Positions 8,564 through 20,100 of a stretch of 64,000 nucleotides of DNA are shown here, in pieces (the stretch's first letter is position 1; each line of letters begins with the position of its first letter). The stretch is from assembly GCA_965205265.1 (NCBI GenBank), contig CBDBGH010000003.1, positions 3,456,001 to 3,520,000 on the forward strand. Direction: 5' to 3'. The notes beneath the pieces are model-generated. The model saw only the letters and a program-made list of their open reading frames with translations, did no database searches and was not told the DNA's origin. Source of the stretch: Alphaproteobacteria bacterium (lineage in GTDB: Bacteria > Pseudomonadota > Alphaproteobacteria > Bin95). The position numbers and the translations under genes were made by a program.

Positions 8564-10837
8564 ATGAACCGCACCGCCACGACCGGCGCTCCCGGGGACG
8601 GGCCGCGCATCCGGGAGATCCCGCTCTCCCGGCTCGGCCTCGCGCCCGAGAACGTCCGCAGGACCCCGCCCGATGCCGAAGCCGACGCCGCGCTCAGGGC
8701 CTCCATCGCCGCCTTCGGCCTGCTGGAGAACCTGGTCGTCCGGCCCGATGAGCCCGACGAAGCCGGCGCCGAACGCTTTGCCGTGGTCGCGGGCGGGCGC
8801 CGCCTTCGGGCCCTGCAGGCGCTGGCCGCGGACGGCGCGCTGGAGGCCGGCCATCCGGTGCCCTGCCAGGTCAGGGCCGGCAGCGACGCGCCCGGCGAGG
8901 TCTCGCTCGCCGAGAACGTCATCCGCATCGCCATGCACCCGGCCGACCAGGTCACGGCTTTCGCCGAACTGGCCGCTGCCGGCCGGTCGGTCGCCGCCAT
9001 CGCCGCGCGCTTCGGCGCGTCGGAGCGCATCGTCGAACAGCGCCTGCGCCTCGGCAACGCCGCGCCGGAACTGCTCGACACCTACCGGGCCGACGCGATC
9101 GACCTGGAGACGCTGAAGGCCTTCGCCGTCACGACAGACCGGGCGCGCCAGCTGGCGGTCTGGGAGCAGGTCTCGGCCCAGGGCTACCGCCCGTCCGCCT
9201 GGCAGGTGAAGCGGCTGCTGACCGAGGAGCGGGTGCCGGGGGCTTCGGCCATCGCCCGCTTCGTCGGGGCGGAAGCCTACGAGGCCGCGGGCGGACAGGT
9301 CATGCGCGACCTGTTCGCCGATGACGACGAGGCCGGCGTCTGGTTCGAGGACCCGGCGCTGCTGGAGACGCTGGCCACGGCCAGGCTCAGGGCGGCCGCC
9401 GACGAACTTTCGACACGCTGGAAGTGGGCCGTGCCCATGGTCGAGATCGACTGGAGCACGACCGCCCGCCATGGCCGCATCCATCCGCAGCCTTCGCCGC
9501 CGACCGACGAGGAACAGGCCGAGCTCGCGAAGCTGGAGACCCGCCAGGACGAACTGGCCGCTCTCGACGAGGACGACTGGACGGCAGAGCTGGCCGCCGA
9601 GGCCGAAGCCGTCGAGGCCCGGCTCGACGCGATCGCGGCCGCCGTCGACGCCCGCGCGGTGTTCCGCCGCGAGGACTTCGCCATGGCGGGCTGCATCGTC
9701 ACGATCGGCCATGACGGCGCGATGCAGGTCATCGCCGGTCTGGTCAGGCCCGAGGACATGCCGGCGGAGACCGGCGCCGCGGCAGCGCAGGCCGGCAACG
9801 GCCGCGACCCGGATGCCGCGAGCCACGCAACCCATGCCGCCGGTCCGGCCATGGCCGCGCCGATGGCGGGGCCGAAGGACCGCGAGGCGGAGGCGCGCAG
9901 GGAGGCGGGCGTCGGCATCGGGCTTGCCGAGGACCTGCGGTCCATCCGCACCGCGCTGGTCAAGGCCCATCTGGCCCAGGACTTCGAGGCCACCTTCGAC
10001 CTCATGCTGTTCCAGATGGGCCGCGCCCTGTTCGCGCCGGGTTACCACAACCACGCCCTCGACATCGCGGTGAAGGAGACCCCCGACCGGCCCAACACCC
10101 GGATGAACGACCCCGACTTCGCGGAATGGTCGCCCGGCGAGACGATGCTGGCGGACCGTTCCGGCCTGCCGCTGGACTGGCTGGAGGCCGCCGACGACGG
10201 CGAGGCCTTCGCCGCGCTCCGGGCCCTGTCCCGGGCGGAGAAGGAGACGCTGTTCGCGGCCTGCGTCGCGCGCACCGTGCAGGGCCAGCTCGCCTTCGAG
10301 CTGCAGGCGCGGCCCGAACTCGAAGCCACCGTGGCCCGGCTCGGCATCGACTTCGCGGGCCATGTCCGCCCGACCGCCGGCCTGCTGTGGTCGCGCATGC
10401 CGAAGGGCCGCATCCTCGACATCGCCCGCACGGTGTTCGGCGCCGCCTGGGCCTCGGCGCGGTCGAAGTACAGGAAGCCGGCGCTGGCCGAGGCGATGGA
10501 GCAGGCCTTCGCGGCCGGCGAGCGCCCGCTCGGGCTCTCCGCCGCCGCCCACGCGGCCGCCCTGGCCTGGACGCCGCCGGGGTTCGCCGCCTTCGATGCC
10601 GGGCGGACGGACGGCAACGCCGGGAACGCGGCAGCCGCTGCCGGAGACGCGCCGGGCTCCGAACCCGCGTCCGGCCCGGCGGCCGATGCGGCCGGAACGA
10701 TGGAGGCGGCCGAACCGGAGACCGGGCGGCCGGACGCCGCCGCAACCGCCGATCCGGTGCCTCCGGTTCCGGTCAACGGCCATGACGTCGATGCCGGCCC
10801 GGCGGCGATCCCTGAGTTCCTGCGCCACGTCCGGTAG
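8564..10837 (+). CDS. ParB/Spo0J N-terminal domain protein (large leading-region ParB-like)
   Basis: ENVRRT, SIAAFGLLENLVV, AGGRRLRAL, SLAENVIR, HPADQ, HTH; AGGAGG RBS before ATG 8564. Confidence 0.88.
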   Translation: MNRTATTGAPGDGPRIREIPLSRLGLAPENVRRTPPDAEADAALRASIAAFGLLENLVVRPDEPDEAGAERFAVVAGGRRLRALQALAADGALEAGHPVPCQVRAGSDAPGEVSLAENVIRIAMHPADQVTAFAELAAAGRSVAAIAARFGASERIVEQRLRLGNAAPELLDTYRADAIDLETLKAFAVTTDRARQLAVWEQVSAQGYRPSAWQVKRLLTEERVPGASAIARFVGAEAYEAAGGQVMRDLFADDDEAGVWFEDPALLETLATARLRAAADELSTRWKWAVPMVEIDWSTTARHGRIHPQPSPPTDEEQAELAKLETRQDELAALDEDDWTAELAAEAEAVEARLDAIAAAVDARAVFRREDFAMAGCIVTIGHDGAMQVIAGLVRPEDMPAETGAAAAQAGNGRDPDAASHATHAAGPAMAAPMAGPKDREAEARREAGVGIGLAEDLRSIRTALVKAHLAQDFEATFDLMLFQMGRALFAPGYHNHALDIAVKETPDRPNTRMNDPDFAEWSPGETMLADRSGLPLDWLEAADDGEAFAALRALSRAEKETLFAACVARTVQGQLAFELQARPELEATVARLGIDFAGHVRPTAGLLWSRMPKGRILDIARTVFGAAWASARSKYRKPALAEAMEQAFAAGERPLGLSAAAHAAALAWTPPGFAAFDAGRTDGNAGNAAAAAGDAPGSEPASGPAADAAGTMEAAEPETGRPDAAATADPVPPVPVNGHDVDAGPAAIPEFLRHVR

Positions 10838-10852
10838 CCGTCCCGTCCCGAT

Positions 10853-10891
10853 GAAGCGCCCCGCCGGGCGGCAAACCCGGCGGGGCGCTTC
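10853..10891 (+). terminator. Strong stem-loop after the ParB-like gene
   Basis: Perfect 16-bp stem GAAGCGCCCCGCCGGG / CCCGGCGGGGCGCTTC with 7-nt loop; weak U tract. Confidence 0.55.
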
Positions 10892-10922
10892 CGTTTCCGC
10901 ATGTCCCAACGGAGGTCCACCC

Positions 10923-12737
10923 ATGAACCGCACGATCCGCGCCCGCATCCACGACAGCGCCGTCAGGCGCGTCACCCGCATCTACGCCGCCACCCTCGCC
11001 GAGATCTTCGTCGAACTGCTGCAGAACGCCCGCCGCGCCGACGCCGCGCGGGTGCGCATCTCTGTCGCCGCTTCCGCTCCCCGTCCGGCCGACTCCGTCC
11101 CCGCGACCGGCGACACGCCGTTCACCGTCACCGTCTCCGACGACGGCGCCGGCATCGCCGATCCCGCCGTGCTGCTGAGCTTCGGCGAGAACGGCTGGGA
11201 CGACGCCCTGGTCCGGCGCGAGGACGCCGCCGGCTTCGGCTTCGCCAGCCTGGCGCGGCGCACCTGCGCCGTCTCCTCCAGGCCGCGTGCGCCCGGCGGG
11301 GAGACGATGCCCGGCTGGCAGGTCTCCCTGTCGCCGGAGCACTTCCTCGGCGAGGCGGACGCCGAGGTCCATGCAGACGAAAGCGCGCCGCACCCGCACG
11401 GCACGGCGGTCTCGTTCCGGGCAGCGGAATCCGCCGCCGCCATCCGCAATGCTGCCGCGGCCGCCGCCCGGCATTATCCTCTGCCGGTGGTCTTCGAGGA
11501 TCGCACCGGCGGCGATGCCGCCCCGGAGGAGCTGCCGCGCCGCGCCTTCCTCGACGGCGCGGTCCATGCCGAGCCGTGGCGCGGCCTCGTCTTCGGCGTC
11601 TTCAGGAACCGCCATGACGGCTACAGGGACCCCGACCTCAATGTCCACGGCCTGACGCTTGCCGTCGGCCTGCCCACCGTCGAGACCGTCCACGGCGCCG
11701 CCTGGTCCGTGCTGGCCGATGCCGGGGACTGCCCCGGTCTCGAACTGGTGCTGCCGGCCCGCAAGGAGGCGGTCGAGAACCCCTTCCTCGGCGAGATGCG
11801 GGACGCCGCCCGTCTCGCCATCTGGCGCGCCATGGCGGCCGACCCCGATCCGCGCCCCGGCTTCGGAGACTGGATGCAGGCCCGCGAGGCCGGCATCGCC
11901 ATCGCCCCGCCGCCGGCCGTGCTGCGGCCCTGGCGGCCCGCCATCGCCAGCATCGACGACTGGCGCGACCCGCCGCCGCTCGCCGCCGCCGGCCCGGACG
12001 CCCTGGTCATGGCGGACGATCCCGAACCGCCGGAAGCCCAGGCGCTGTGGCGCGCCGCCGAACGCGACGGCCTCGCGCCGCGCCTGTTCGAGGCCGACCG
12101 CCGGCTCGAGGGCTACCCCTGGTACGACCGCCTCGACCGGGCGGCCGGCATCGCCATCAAGGTCACGCTGGACGGCACGCCTCATGCGCTCGGCGACGCC
12201 CCGCTGCCCGAACGGACAGATCCGGCCGCCGCGGCGCTGCCGCCGAGGCCGGACGCGGTCCGCATCGACCTCGCCGTCCGGGCGGCGGACGGGCGGGAAC
12301 GCACCCTCGGCCTTGCCGCCGATCTCGCCTTCGCCGGCGAGGCCTGGCGCTGCTGGCTCGACGACGCCCTGCCGCTGGTGACCGCCGGCAGCGCGCTGCA
12401 GCCGCACGACCTCGCGGCCTTGCTGCGCGCCGCCTTCTTCTCGGCCTCCGACGACGCCGACGCCGACAGCTACGAGACCCAGCTCGCACGCTTCGACGGC
12501 GACGCCCTCCACCTGGCGACGCGGCTGCTGCTGTCGGACGACGACGCCTGCCGCCAGTCCCTCGCCGAGGCGGCGCAGCGCGAGCTGATGTGGCTCGTGC
12601 CCGCGAACCGCGCCGTCGATATCCGCATCCGCCGGCCCGACGTCACCGTCACCCTCGCCGATCGCAGGGTTGCCGTCAGTCTCGGCCCGGCCGGTCCCGG
12701 CGAGGCCGATCCGGCGCCGGAGGTTCCCGCCCGTTGA
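10923..12737 (+). CDS. GHKL (HATPase_c) ATP-binding protein
   Basis: N box ELLQNARRA, G1 box DDGAGI, G2 box GFGFASL; GGAGG RBS. Confidence 0.8.
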   Translation: MNRTIRARIHDSAVRRVTRIYAATLAEIFVELLQNARRADAARVRISVAASAPRPADSVPATGDTPFTVTVSDDGAGIADPAVLLSFGENGWDDALVRREDAAGFGFASLARRTCAVSSRPRAPGGETMPGWQVSLSPEHFLGEADAEVHADESAPHPHGTAVSFRAAESAAAIRNAAAAAARHYPLPVVFEDRTGGDAAPEELPRRAFLDGAVHAEPWRGLVFGVFRNRHDGYRDPDLNVHGLTLAVGLPTVETVHGAAWSVLADAGDCPGLELVLPARKEAVENPFLGEMRDAARLAIWRAMAADPDPRPGFGDWMQAREAGIAIAPPPAVLRPWRPAIASIDDWRDPPPLAAAGPDALVMADDPEPPEAQALWRAAERDGLAPRLFEADRRLEGYPWYDRLDRAAGIAIKVTLDGTPHALGDAPLPERTDPAAAALPPRPDAVRIDLAVRAADGRERTLGLAADLAFAGEAWRCWLDDALPLVTAGSALQPHDLAALLRAAFFSASDDADADSYETQLARFDGDALHLATRLLLSDDDACRQSLAEAAQRELMWLVPANRAVDIRIRRPDVTVTLADRRVAVSLGPAGPGEADPAPEVPAR

Positions 12738-12805
12738 TCCGGCCGGGCTCCGTCCCGCTCGCCGGGACGGGGCGCGTCGGTTCCGCTTCACTGGAGAACA
12801 GTGCC

Positions 12806-13564
12806 ATGCCCGATTCCGTGACGGGTTTCGACGACATGCCGCGCTGCGGCGTGCCCGCATCGGTCCGGCCGGCCGCGGACCGCCGGCTCCGGCGCCGCTT
12901 CCTGCGCGCCGGACGCGAGGCCGTCGACGACCGCGACCTGCTGGAACTGCTCCTCGCCGGCCGCCCGTCGGCGGACGGCGCCCTTGCCGCAACCCTGCTC
13001 GACATCTTCGGCACGGCCCCGCGCGTCCTCGCCGCCCGGGCCGACCGGCTGCGCACCGTGCCCGGCCTGCCGGACGACGCCATCGCCGCCCTCAAGGCCG
13101 CCGAGGCCCTCGGCATCCGCATGGCGCGGGCGGAGGTTCCGCCCCGGGTCCGCCCCTCCCTCGGCAGCTACGGCAAGGTGGTCGACTATTGCCGCGCCCT
13201 CGCCGGCCACCGTGAGGTCGAGGAGTTCCATGTCCTCTACCTCGACTGCCGGAACCGTCTCATCGCCGACGAATGCGTCCAGAGAGGCTCCGTCGGCCAC
13301 GCGCCGGTCTATCCGAGAGAGATCTGCATCCGCTGCCTCGAACTGCAGGCCAGCGCGGTCGTTGTCCTCCACCCGCACCCTTCCGGCGCTCCCGATCCGT
13401 CCCGTGCCGACCTCGTCATGACGCGACGCATCGAGGACGCGCTGAAGACGATCGAGGTCACACTGCTCGACCATGTGATCGTCACCCCCGCCGCCGCCTT
13501 CAGCTTCAGCCAGCAGGGCCTGCTCCGAACGGCCGCCCCGGCCCGGGCGACCACCGCCTCTTGA
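12806..13564 (+). CDS. radC: RadC/JAB domain protein
   Basis: DLLELLL, EEFHVLYLD, GSVGHAPVYPRE, HPHPSG..PSRAD, LLDHVIV. Confidence 0.9.
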   Translation: MPDSVTGFDDMPRCGVPASVRPAADRRLRRRFLRAGREAVDDRDLLELLLAGRPSADGALAATLLDIFGTAPRVLAARADRLRTVPGLPDDAIAALKAAEALGIRMARAEVPPRVRPSLGSYGKVVDYCRALAGHREVEEFHVLYLDCRNRLIADECVQRGSVGHAPVYPREICIRCLELQASAVVVLHPHPSGAPDPSRADLVMTRRIEDALKTIEVTLLDHVIVTPAAAFSFSQQGLLRTAAPARATTAS

Positions 13565-13582
13565 CACGACAAGGACACCGCC

Positions 13583-13999
13583 ATGCCCGACATCTCCACC
13601 GCCGCGCCGTTCGGCCCGGTCGTCTTCTCTTATACCCGCCGCCAGGCGATCGCGGACGGCGTGCTCGTCGACGTCACCGGCACCGCCCGCGAGGCCGGCT
13701 TCCGCATCCCCGTCGCGCTCAGCCGCAGCGTGTGGGACCGGCTGGTCGCCCTGCCCGAGGGCTACCGCGGCGTTCAGGACGAGGCCGGACGGCTGTGGGA
13801 CGTGCTCTGGATGGCGCGCCATCACGCGCTCGGCGCACCCGGCAGCGACCGCGTGAGGATGTGCGTGTCCGTGCGCGACATCGCCGAGGACCTGCGCGAC
13901 AGCAGCCGCCCGCCCCGCCGGCACTTTCCCGTCGTGGTCCTCGGCCCCGGCGACGAAGGTGAGGCGGTCGCCACCATCATGTTTCCCGAGGACGACTGA
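13583..13999 (+). CDS. Hypothetical protein (DUF6573-like)
   Basis: FGPVVFSYTRRQAIADGVLVDV...QDEAGRLWDVLW...GPGDEGE...TIMFPED. Confidence 0.75.
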   Translation: MPDISTAAPFGPVVFSYTRRQAIADGVLVDVTGTAREAGFRIPVALSRSVWDRLVALPEGYRGVQDEAGRLWDVLWMARHHALGAPGSDRVRMCVSVRDIAEDLRDSSRPPRRHFPVVVLGPGDEGEAVATIMFPEDD

Positions 14000-14085
14000 A
14001 CCGCCCGCGCCGCGATCCGCAGCCGGCGTGAACCCGGCGATCGACCGGCGTGCGATCGAAGACGCGAACTGACAGGGAGGAACCC

Positions 14086-14331
14086 ATGACCAGGGCCGGA
14101 AAGGAATACCTCAGGCAGTGCTTCCGGAAGGTGGGGCTCGACCTCGGCTGGGTGCCCGACCCCCATGTCGCGCAGATCCTGAAGGACGGCGCATACCAGA
14201 AGCAGTTCCCGTCATGGCGCGAAGTCGAAGCCTGGCTCTCCGGCTACGAACGCGCGCTCAAGCACCATGCCCCCGAAGTCTACGCCCGAAGCGAGGCCGC
14301 CCGTTACGAAGCGCTGCAGAAGAAGGACTGA
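14086..14331 (+). CDS. Hypothetical protein
   Basis: GGAGG RBS; protein-like composition; co-directional with the cluster. Confidence 0.65.
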   Translation: MTRAGKEYLRQCFRKVGLDLGWVPDPHVAQILKDGAYQKQFPSWREVEAWLSGYERALKHHAPEVYARSEAARYEALQKKD

Positions 14332-14390
14332 CCGTCCCGCAACGCCTCGGCGCCTGTCCCCCGCATCCTCCAGCGCCCGAAGGAGCCGTC

Positions 14391-14897
14391 ATGCTGCACC
14401 GCATCACCGGCCGCGCCATCAAGTGCGGTTCCGCCGCCATCTCCGCCATCGCCGGCATGCCGACCCACGAGGCCGCCGCCGTCATCCGCCGCCTCACCGG
14501 CCGCCATGCGGTCAACGGCGTTCACATGGACGAGCTCGCCGCCGTCCTCGCCGAACTCGGCCGGGCGCCTGTCCAGGCGCTGCGTCATCCCACGCTTCGC
14601 GACCGCCCCCATGCCCGCGATGAGATCCGGAAACGCCTCTTCGCGGATGTCCCGTTCGAGGTCCGCGCCGTCACCCTCGGAACCTTCCTCGACGCCGCGC
14701 CCCCGGGCGCCTGGGCGATCGCGACGAGCGGTCACGTCGTCGCGTATGGCGATGGGCTCGTGGCGGATTCCGCCTGGTTCTTTTCGCGCCGGCCGGCGCC
14801 GTGGTCCCGGGACAACCCGGACCACGCCCGCGTTGCACTCCGGCGCATCGCGGAAGCCGTCCGCTTCGCGCCGGTCTCCAGGCAGCGGGAGGGCTGA
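14391..14897 (+). CDS. Hypothetical protein
   Basis: AGGAG RBS; MLHRITGRAIKCGSAAISAIAG...GHVVAY (a Cys...His pair reminiscent of papain-like folds, weak). Confidence 0.6.
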   Translation: MLHRITGRAIKCGSAAISAIAGMPTHEAAAVIRRLTGRHAVNGVHMDELAAVLAELGRAPVQALRHPTLRDRPHARDEIRKRLFADVPFEVRAVTLGTFLDAAPPGAWAIATSGHVVAYGDGLVADSAWFFSRRPAPWSRDNPDHARVALRRIAEAVRFAPVSRQREG

Positions 14898-14900
14898 CCC

Positions 14901-15545
14901 ATGCCCAGGATCATCGAGACCACGGTCTACGACATCGACGAACTGTCCGGCGCAGCAAAGGAGGCCGCCCGAAGCTGGTATCGCCAGGCAGGCCTGCACA
15001 ACGACTGGCACGACGCCGTCTGCGAAGACTTCGAGACGGTCTGCGGGCTCCTCGGCGTCACCCTCGCCACCACGCCCGTGCCCCTCCATGGCGGCGGAAC
15101 CCGCGACAGCCCCCGCATCTTCTTCCAGCTCGCCTTCGCGCAGGGCGACGGCGCCAGTTACGAAGGCACCTACAGCCACGCCGGGGGCGCGGGCAAGGCC
15201 ATTCGCGCCCACGCTCCGACGGACGAGGAACTGCACCGGATCGCCGATGCCCTGCGCGACATCCAGAGGCGGAACTTCTTCCAGCTTCATGCCACCGTCC
15301 GCCAGCGGGGCCGCCATTGCCACGAATACGCCATGGCGGTCGAGGTCGAGCGCGACAGCCCCACCGGACAGCCTCCCACCGATGGCGCCGAGGACGCCGT
15401 CACCGGGGCGCTGCGCGACCTCGCCCGCTGGCTCTACCGTCAACTCCGCGCCGAATTCGAATACATGACCTCCGACGAGGCCGTCGACGAGGCGCTCGCG
15501 GCCAATGCGTTCAGCTTCACCGCGGACGGTCGCAGATTCGGCTGA
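14901..15545 (+). CDS. Conserved plasmid/ICE protein (family often annotated 'antitoxin of toxin-antitoxin stability system')
   Basis: MPRIIETTVY..DELS..AKEAARSWYR...QGDGAS...NFFQL...LRDLARWLYRQL..E.EY.TSDEAVDE. Confidence 0.75.
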   Translation: MPRIIETTVYDIDELSGAAKEAARSWYRQAGLHNDWHDAVCEDFETVCGLLGVTLATTPVPLHGGGTRDSPRIFFQLAFAQGDGASYEGTYSHAGGAGKAIRAHAPTDEELHRIADALRDIQRRNFFQLHATVRQRGRHCHEYAMAVEVERDSPTGQPPTDGAEDAVTGALRDLARWLYRQLRAEFEYMTSDEAVDEALAANAFSFTADGRRFG

Positions 15546-15641
15546 CCTCGCCGATCATTTCGACCCGTCCTTCCCACCATTGACGAGGCCTGCACCGCCC
15601 GGCAATCCTTCCTCCGCGCTGCCATCCAAACAGAGTGCTTC

Positions 15642-16670
15642 ATGCTCGATCTCCACGCCATCAATCTTCATCTTCAGGAGCGGCTCGAACGGGCCGGGCG
15701 CGAGGAAGTCCGCGCCGTCGAGGCCGCGCGTTGGCTCGACGAGGCAGGCCTGCTGCCAGACCGCAAGAACGGCCTGCCGCTGCGCAATCTGCTGCGCGCC
15801 GGACGCATCGCAGGCCAGCAACAGCGTCCGGACCGCAAGAACGGCGCATGGTTCATCCGCCGCCTCGCGGCATCCCGCGACGCCGACGCGATCCGCGAGG
15901 CCCGCGAACGCTTGCGCCGCTGTCTCCCCATCGACCGCGACGCCTTGCCGTCCGACTGGCCGGTGAACCAGGGATCCGCCGTCTTCTGGCAGGAACTCGG
16001 CAAGACGGTCGCGGCTTTCGGATACCTGGAACACATGCTGGCCTCCACCTGCCACGCACTCCTCGCAACCGGCGAGCGGGCCACCGCGCTTCTGGAATCG
16101 AAGGACCAGGAGGCCATGCGCCGGTGGACCAGGCGGCTCCTGGCCTCCCGGACCGACACCCTGCACCGCCTGACGCGTGAACTCGACCGTGTCCTGAAAG
16201 AAGCCGGCCTGGTCCCCCGCGCCGTTCGCAAGGAACTCGTGGCCCGCCTCGACGAGATCAGGCCCTGGCGCAATGCACTCTGCCACGGCGCCTGGCTCAG
16301 TGTCGCCGAAGACGGATCCGCCTGCCTTGACTACGTTTACAGCCACGAAGACCTCCCCGCCGGGTTCGAACGGAACGTTGACATCAAGCGCCTGTGCGAC
16401 ATCCGTGCCCGCGCGGTCGATATCACCGTACGCATCGCCGAAGTCGCCTCCGTCGCCGGGCCCGCCTACAGGCATATGGGCGGCGTCGGCTACGCCCTCG
16501 CCACCCTGCTGCCGCGCATGCATGCGCCGAGAAGCGGCTCTCCCGAACCGGAACTGCTGCACGCGGCGCAGCGCGCCCTCAGGCGCGACGACACGCTCAT
16601 CAAGAAGAAACTCACCCGGCGTCTGGCGGCGACCGATACCGCCGGGACCGGACCGACCGGGACGGATTAG
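15642..16670 (+). CDS. Hypothetical protein
   Basis: 342-aa ORF with plausible codon use; C-terminal part ELG..VAAFGYLE...WRNALCHG has an RxxxxH HEPN-like motif. Confidence 0.6.
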   Translation: MLDLHAINLHLQERLERAGREEVRAVEAARWLDEAGLLPDRKNGLPLRNLLRAGRIAGQQQRPDRKNGAWFIRRLAASRDADAIREARERLRRCLPIDRDALPSDWPVNQGSAVFWQELGKTVAAFGYLEHMLASTCHALLATGERATALLESKDQEAMRRWTRRLLASRTDTLHRLTRELDRVLKEAGLVPRAVRKELVARLDEIRPWRNALCHGAWLSVAEDGSACLDYVYSHEDLPAGFERNVDIKRLCDIRARAVDITVRIAEVASVAGPAYRHMGGVGYALATLLPRMHAPRSGSPEPELLHAAQRALRRDDTLIKKKLTRRLAATDTAGTGPTGTD

Positions 16671-17170
16671 CGAAGTCTCTCTGCTTCCTCGGCCGGGCGC
16701 CGACATCGGACCGCGCCCCAGCGACGTCCGGAAGCGGCGCATCCCGCAGGCTCTCTTCGGCCATGGCTTGCTCGTCTCGCGCAGCGCCATCCCGATCGTG
16801 AACTCCAAGTCATCCATCGCGGAGGCGAACGGTTGATGTTCCCGCTCATCGGTTGAGCGGACGCACAAGAACATTGTCAGGGTATCGGCCGCCGCCGGTT
16901 GTGCCGCGGCCGCTTTCGGCACGGACGACGGATTCCACCCCCTCCAGTCCGAGCGCCCTCGGCGATTCCCTGTCGCTGCCCGTGCCGACCGCCCGCCGTT
17001 TCGGCGACTCGCTGCTTCCACCCTCACATCTTCGTGCGTCTCGCCGCCGGGAGTCCGGCCAGCCGGCCGGGGGCGGTCCGGCGGGGCGGGGCGCGAGTCC
17101 TGTCCCGCGCCGGCCGCCTGCCCCGGTGCGACCCGGGGCCCGTCGATGTCCTTCCAGCACGGAGCCTGCC

Positions 17171-20100
17171 ATGCTCGACGCCCGCCCGGCGCCGGACGCC
17201 CTCGCGCGTCCGCCCCTTGCCGCCAACCCCATTGATCGTCCCGCCGCCCGCCCGGTCCGGGGCGACGCGACCCTCGCCGCGGCCCAGGCCCTGCTGCCGG
17301 TGCTGGAGGCCGGCACGCCCCTCGACGCCGCGACCCTGCGCGAGACCATGACGGCCGCCTTCGGCGCGACCGACGCCGCCGGCGGCTGGGTGTGGAAGGA
17401 CGCCTGGGAGGCCGCCGAGGCGGCCGTCGTGCTGTTCCTCCGGCGCCACGGCCGCGCCATGCGCCGCCATGCCGGCCCGGGACCGGACGGACCCCACCGC
17501 ATGCTGGCGATGCTGGAGGCGGTCGCGGCACTGGAGCCCTCGCACACCAGGCGTTCCGAGGAACAGGTCCGGCTCCAGCAGTTCTCGACCCCGCTGCCGC
17601 TGGCCTGGGCCGTGCTCCAGGCCGCCGCCGTCGGGCCGGGCGATGTGGTGCTGGAACCCAGCGCCGGCACCGGCATGCTGGCGGTGATGGCGGAATGCGC
17701 GCTGCGCGGCCGGGCGGCGGGCGCGCTCCATCTCAACGAGGTGGCCGCGACCCGCGCCAGGCTGCTGGCCGGGCTGTTTCCGCACGCCCCGGTGACCGCC
17801 TTCAACGCCGAGGCCATCGCTGACCGGCTGCGCGGCGTCCGGCCGACCGTGGTGCTGATGAACCCGCCGTTCTCGGCCACGCCGGGGGTGGCGCGGATCA
17901 ACCACGGCGCCGACCTCCGCCATGTCCGCTCCGCCGCCTCGATGCTGCCGCCGGGCGGGCGGCTGGTCGCCATCACCTCGGCCCGTTGCGTCCTCGGCGA
18001 CGCCGTCGGCCGGCTCGATCCCCCGGCGCGCTGCATCTTCACCATGGCCATCGACGGCCGCGCCTATGCCCGGCGGGGCACCGGGTTCGACACCCGCCTC
18101 AGCGTGCTGGAGCGCGGCGCCGGACCGGCCATCCACCTCGACGGAACCGCCCGCGCCGCCAACGCCGCCGAACTGCTCGACGCCGTCATCGCGGGCGTGC
18201 CGTCGCGTCTGTACATGGCGCCGCCGCCGGTTCCCGCCTGTCCCGCCCGCGACCTGTTCGGCAAGCCGGCAGTGGCGAAGCCCGCCACGCGCCGGGGTCC
18301 GAAGCCCGCATCGACACCCGAGACGCGGCAGTCCCACGACTGGGGGCCGGTCTCCGAACTCGCCGTCGAGACCGATCCGGTGGAACCTGCCGCCGACGCC
18401 CCTGCAAACGACGCCGGCCCCTGGGCCCCGTGGCGGCCGGGTGTCGTGCGGATGGCGGGCGCGGTCGCGCACCCGACACCGCTGGTGCAGTCCGCCGCCA
18501 TGGCCGCCGTGCCCCATCCCGTGCCGACATACCGGCCCATGCTGCCGGACCGCGTCGTGACCGAGGGCTTGCTGTCGGACGCCCAGCTGGAGAGCGTCGT
18601 GCTGGCGGGCGAGGCCCATGCCCCGCACCTGGCGGCGGACTACCGCATCGGCTCCGGCTGGGAGACCGTCCACCGCTGCCGCGAGGACGGCGGCGATGAC
18701 AGGGAAGAGGTCGTCACGTCCGAGGGCGAGCCCCTGTCGGCGCCGGTGCGCTTCCGCCGGGGCTGGATGCTGGGCGACGGCACCGGCTGCGGCAAGGGCC
18801 GCCAGGTCGCCGCGATCATCCTCGACAACCGCCTGCGCGGCCGGAAGAAGGCGCTCTGGCTCTCGCAGTCCGACAAGCTGCTGGAGGACGCGCGGCGCGA
18901 CTGGACCGCGCTTGGCGGGCTGGAAAGCGACGTCATCCCGCTCGGCAGTTTCCGCCAGGGCATGGAGATCCCGCTCGATGCCGGCATCCTGTTTGCCACC
19001 TACGCCACGCTGCGCTCGCCCTCCCGCCAGGGGAAACCCTCGCGGCTCGACCAGATCGTCGCGTGGCTCGCGGGCTCCCTCGACGAGGAGGATCGCCACG
19101 GATTCGACGGGGTCGTGGTGTTCGACGAGGCTCACGCCATGGCCAACGCCGCCGGCTCGAAGGGCGAGCGCGGCGAGACCAAACCGTCGCAGCAGGGCCG
19201 CGCCGGGCTGCGGTTGCAGAACGCGCTGCCCGATGCCCGCATCGCCTATGTCTCGGCCACCGGCGCCACCACGGTGCCGGGCCTCGCCTATGCCGGACGC
19301 CTCGGCCTGTGGGCCGCCGGCGAGACGCCCTTCGAGACCCGCGCCGCCTTCGTCTCCGCCATGGAGGCCGGCGGCGTCGCCGCGATGGAGGTCGTCGCCC
19401 GCGACCTCAAGGCGCTGGGCCTCTACCAGGCCCGCGCGCTCGCCTATGACGGCATCGAGGTCGACATCCTGGAACATCCTCTCACGCCCGAGCAGCGGCG
19501 CATCTGGGACGCCTATGCCGGCGCCTTCAAGGTGATCCAAGCCAACATCGAGGAGGCGCTCACCGCCACCGGCATCGTCCAGGGCGGGGACACGTTGAAC
19601 CGGAACGCCAAGGGCGCCGCCTTGTCCGCCTTCGAGGCCACGAAGCAGCGCTTCTTCGGCCATCTCCTGACCGGCATGAAGTGCCCCTCCCTGATCCGCG
19701 CCGTCGAGGCCGACCTCGACGCCGGCCGCTCGGCGGTGGTCCAGCTGGTCTCGACCGGCGAGGCGCTGATGGAACGGCGCATCGCCGAGGTCCCGGCATC
19801 CGAGTGGGACGATCTCAACATCGACCTCACCCCGAGAGACGCGATCCTCGCCTACCTGATGCACGCCTTCCCGGTGCAGTTGCAGGAGCCGTTCACCGAC
19901 GACGGCGGCAATCTGCTCAGCCGGCCCGCGACCGACACGCAAGGCAACCCGGTGATCTGCAAGGAAGCCGAGGAGAGGCGCGATGCGCTGATCGGGAAAC
20001 TGGCGGCCCTGCCGCCGGTGCCGACGGCATTGGACCGGATCGTGCAGCACTTCGGGCACGAGGCCGTCGCCGAGGTGACCGGGCGGTCGCGGCGCGTGCT

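Noticed and set aside
14901-15545. Bona fide antitoxin with a neighbouring toxin
   Set aside because: The family label is a propagated annotation, and no recognisable cognate toxin is adjacent.
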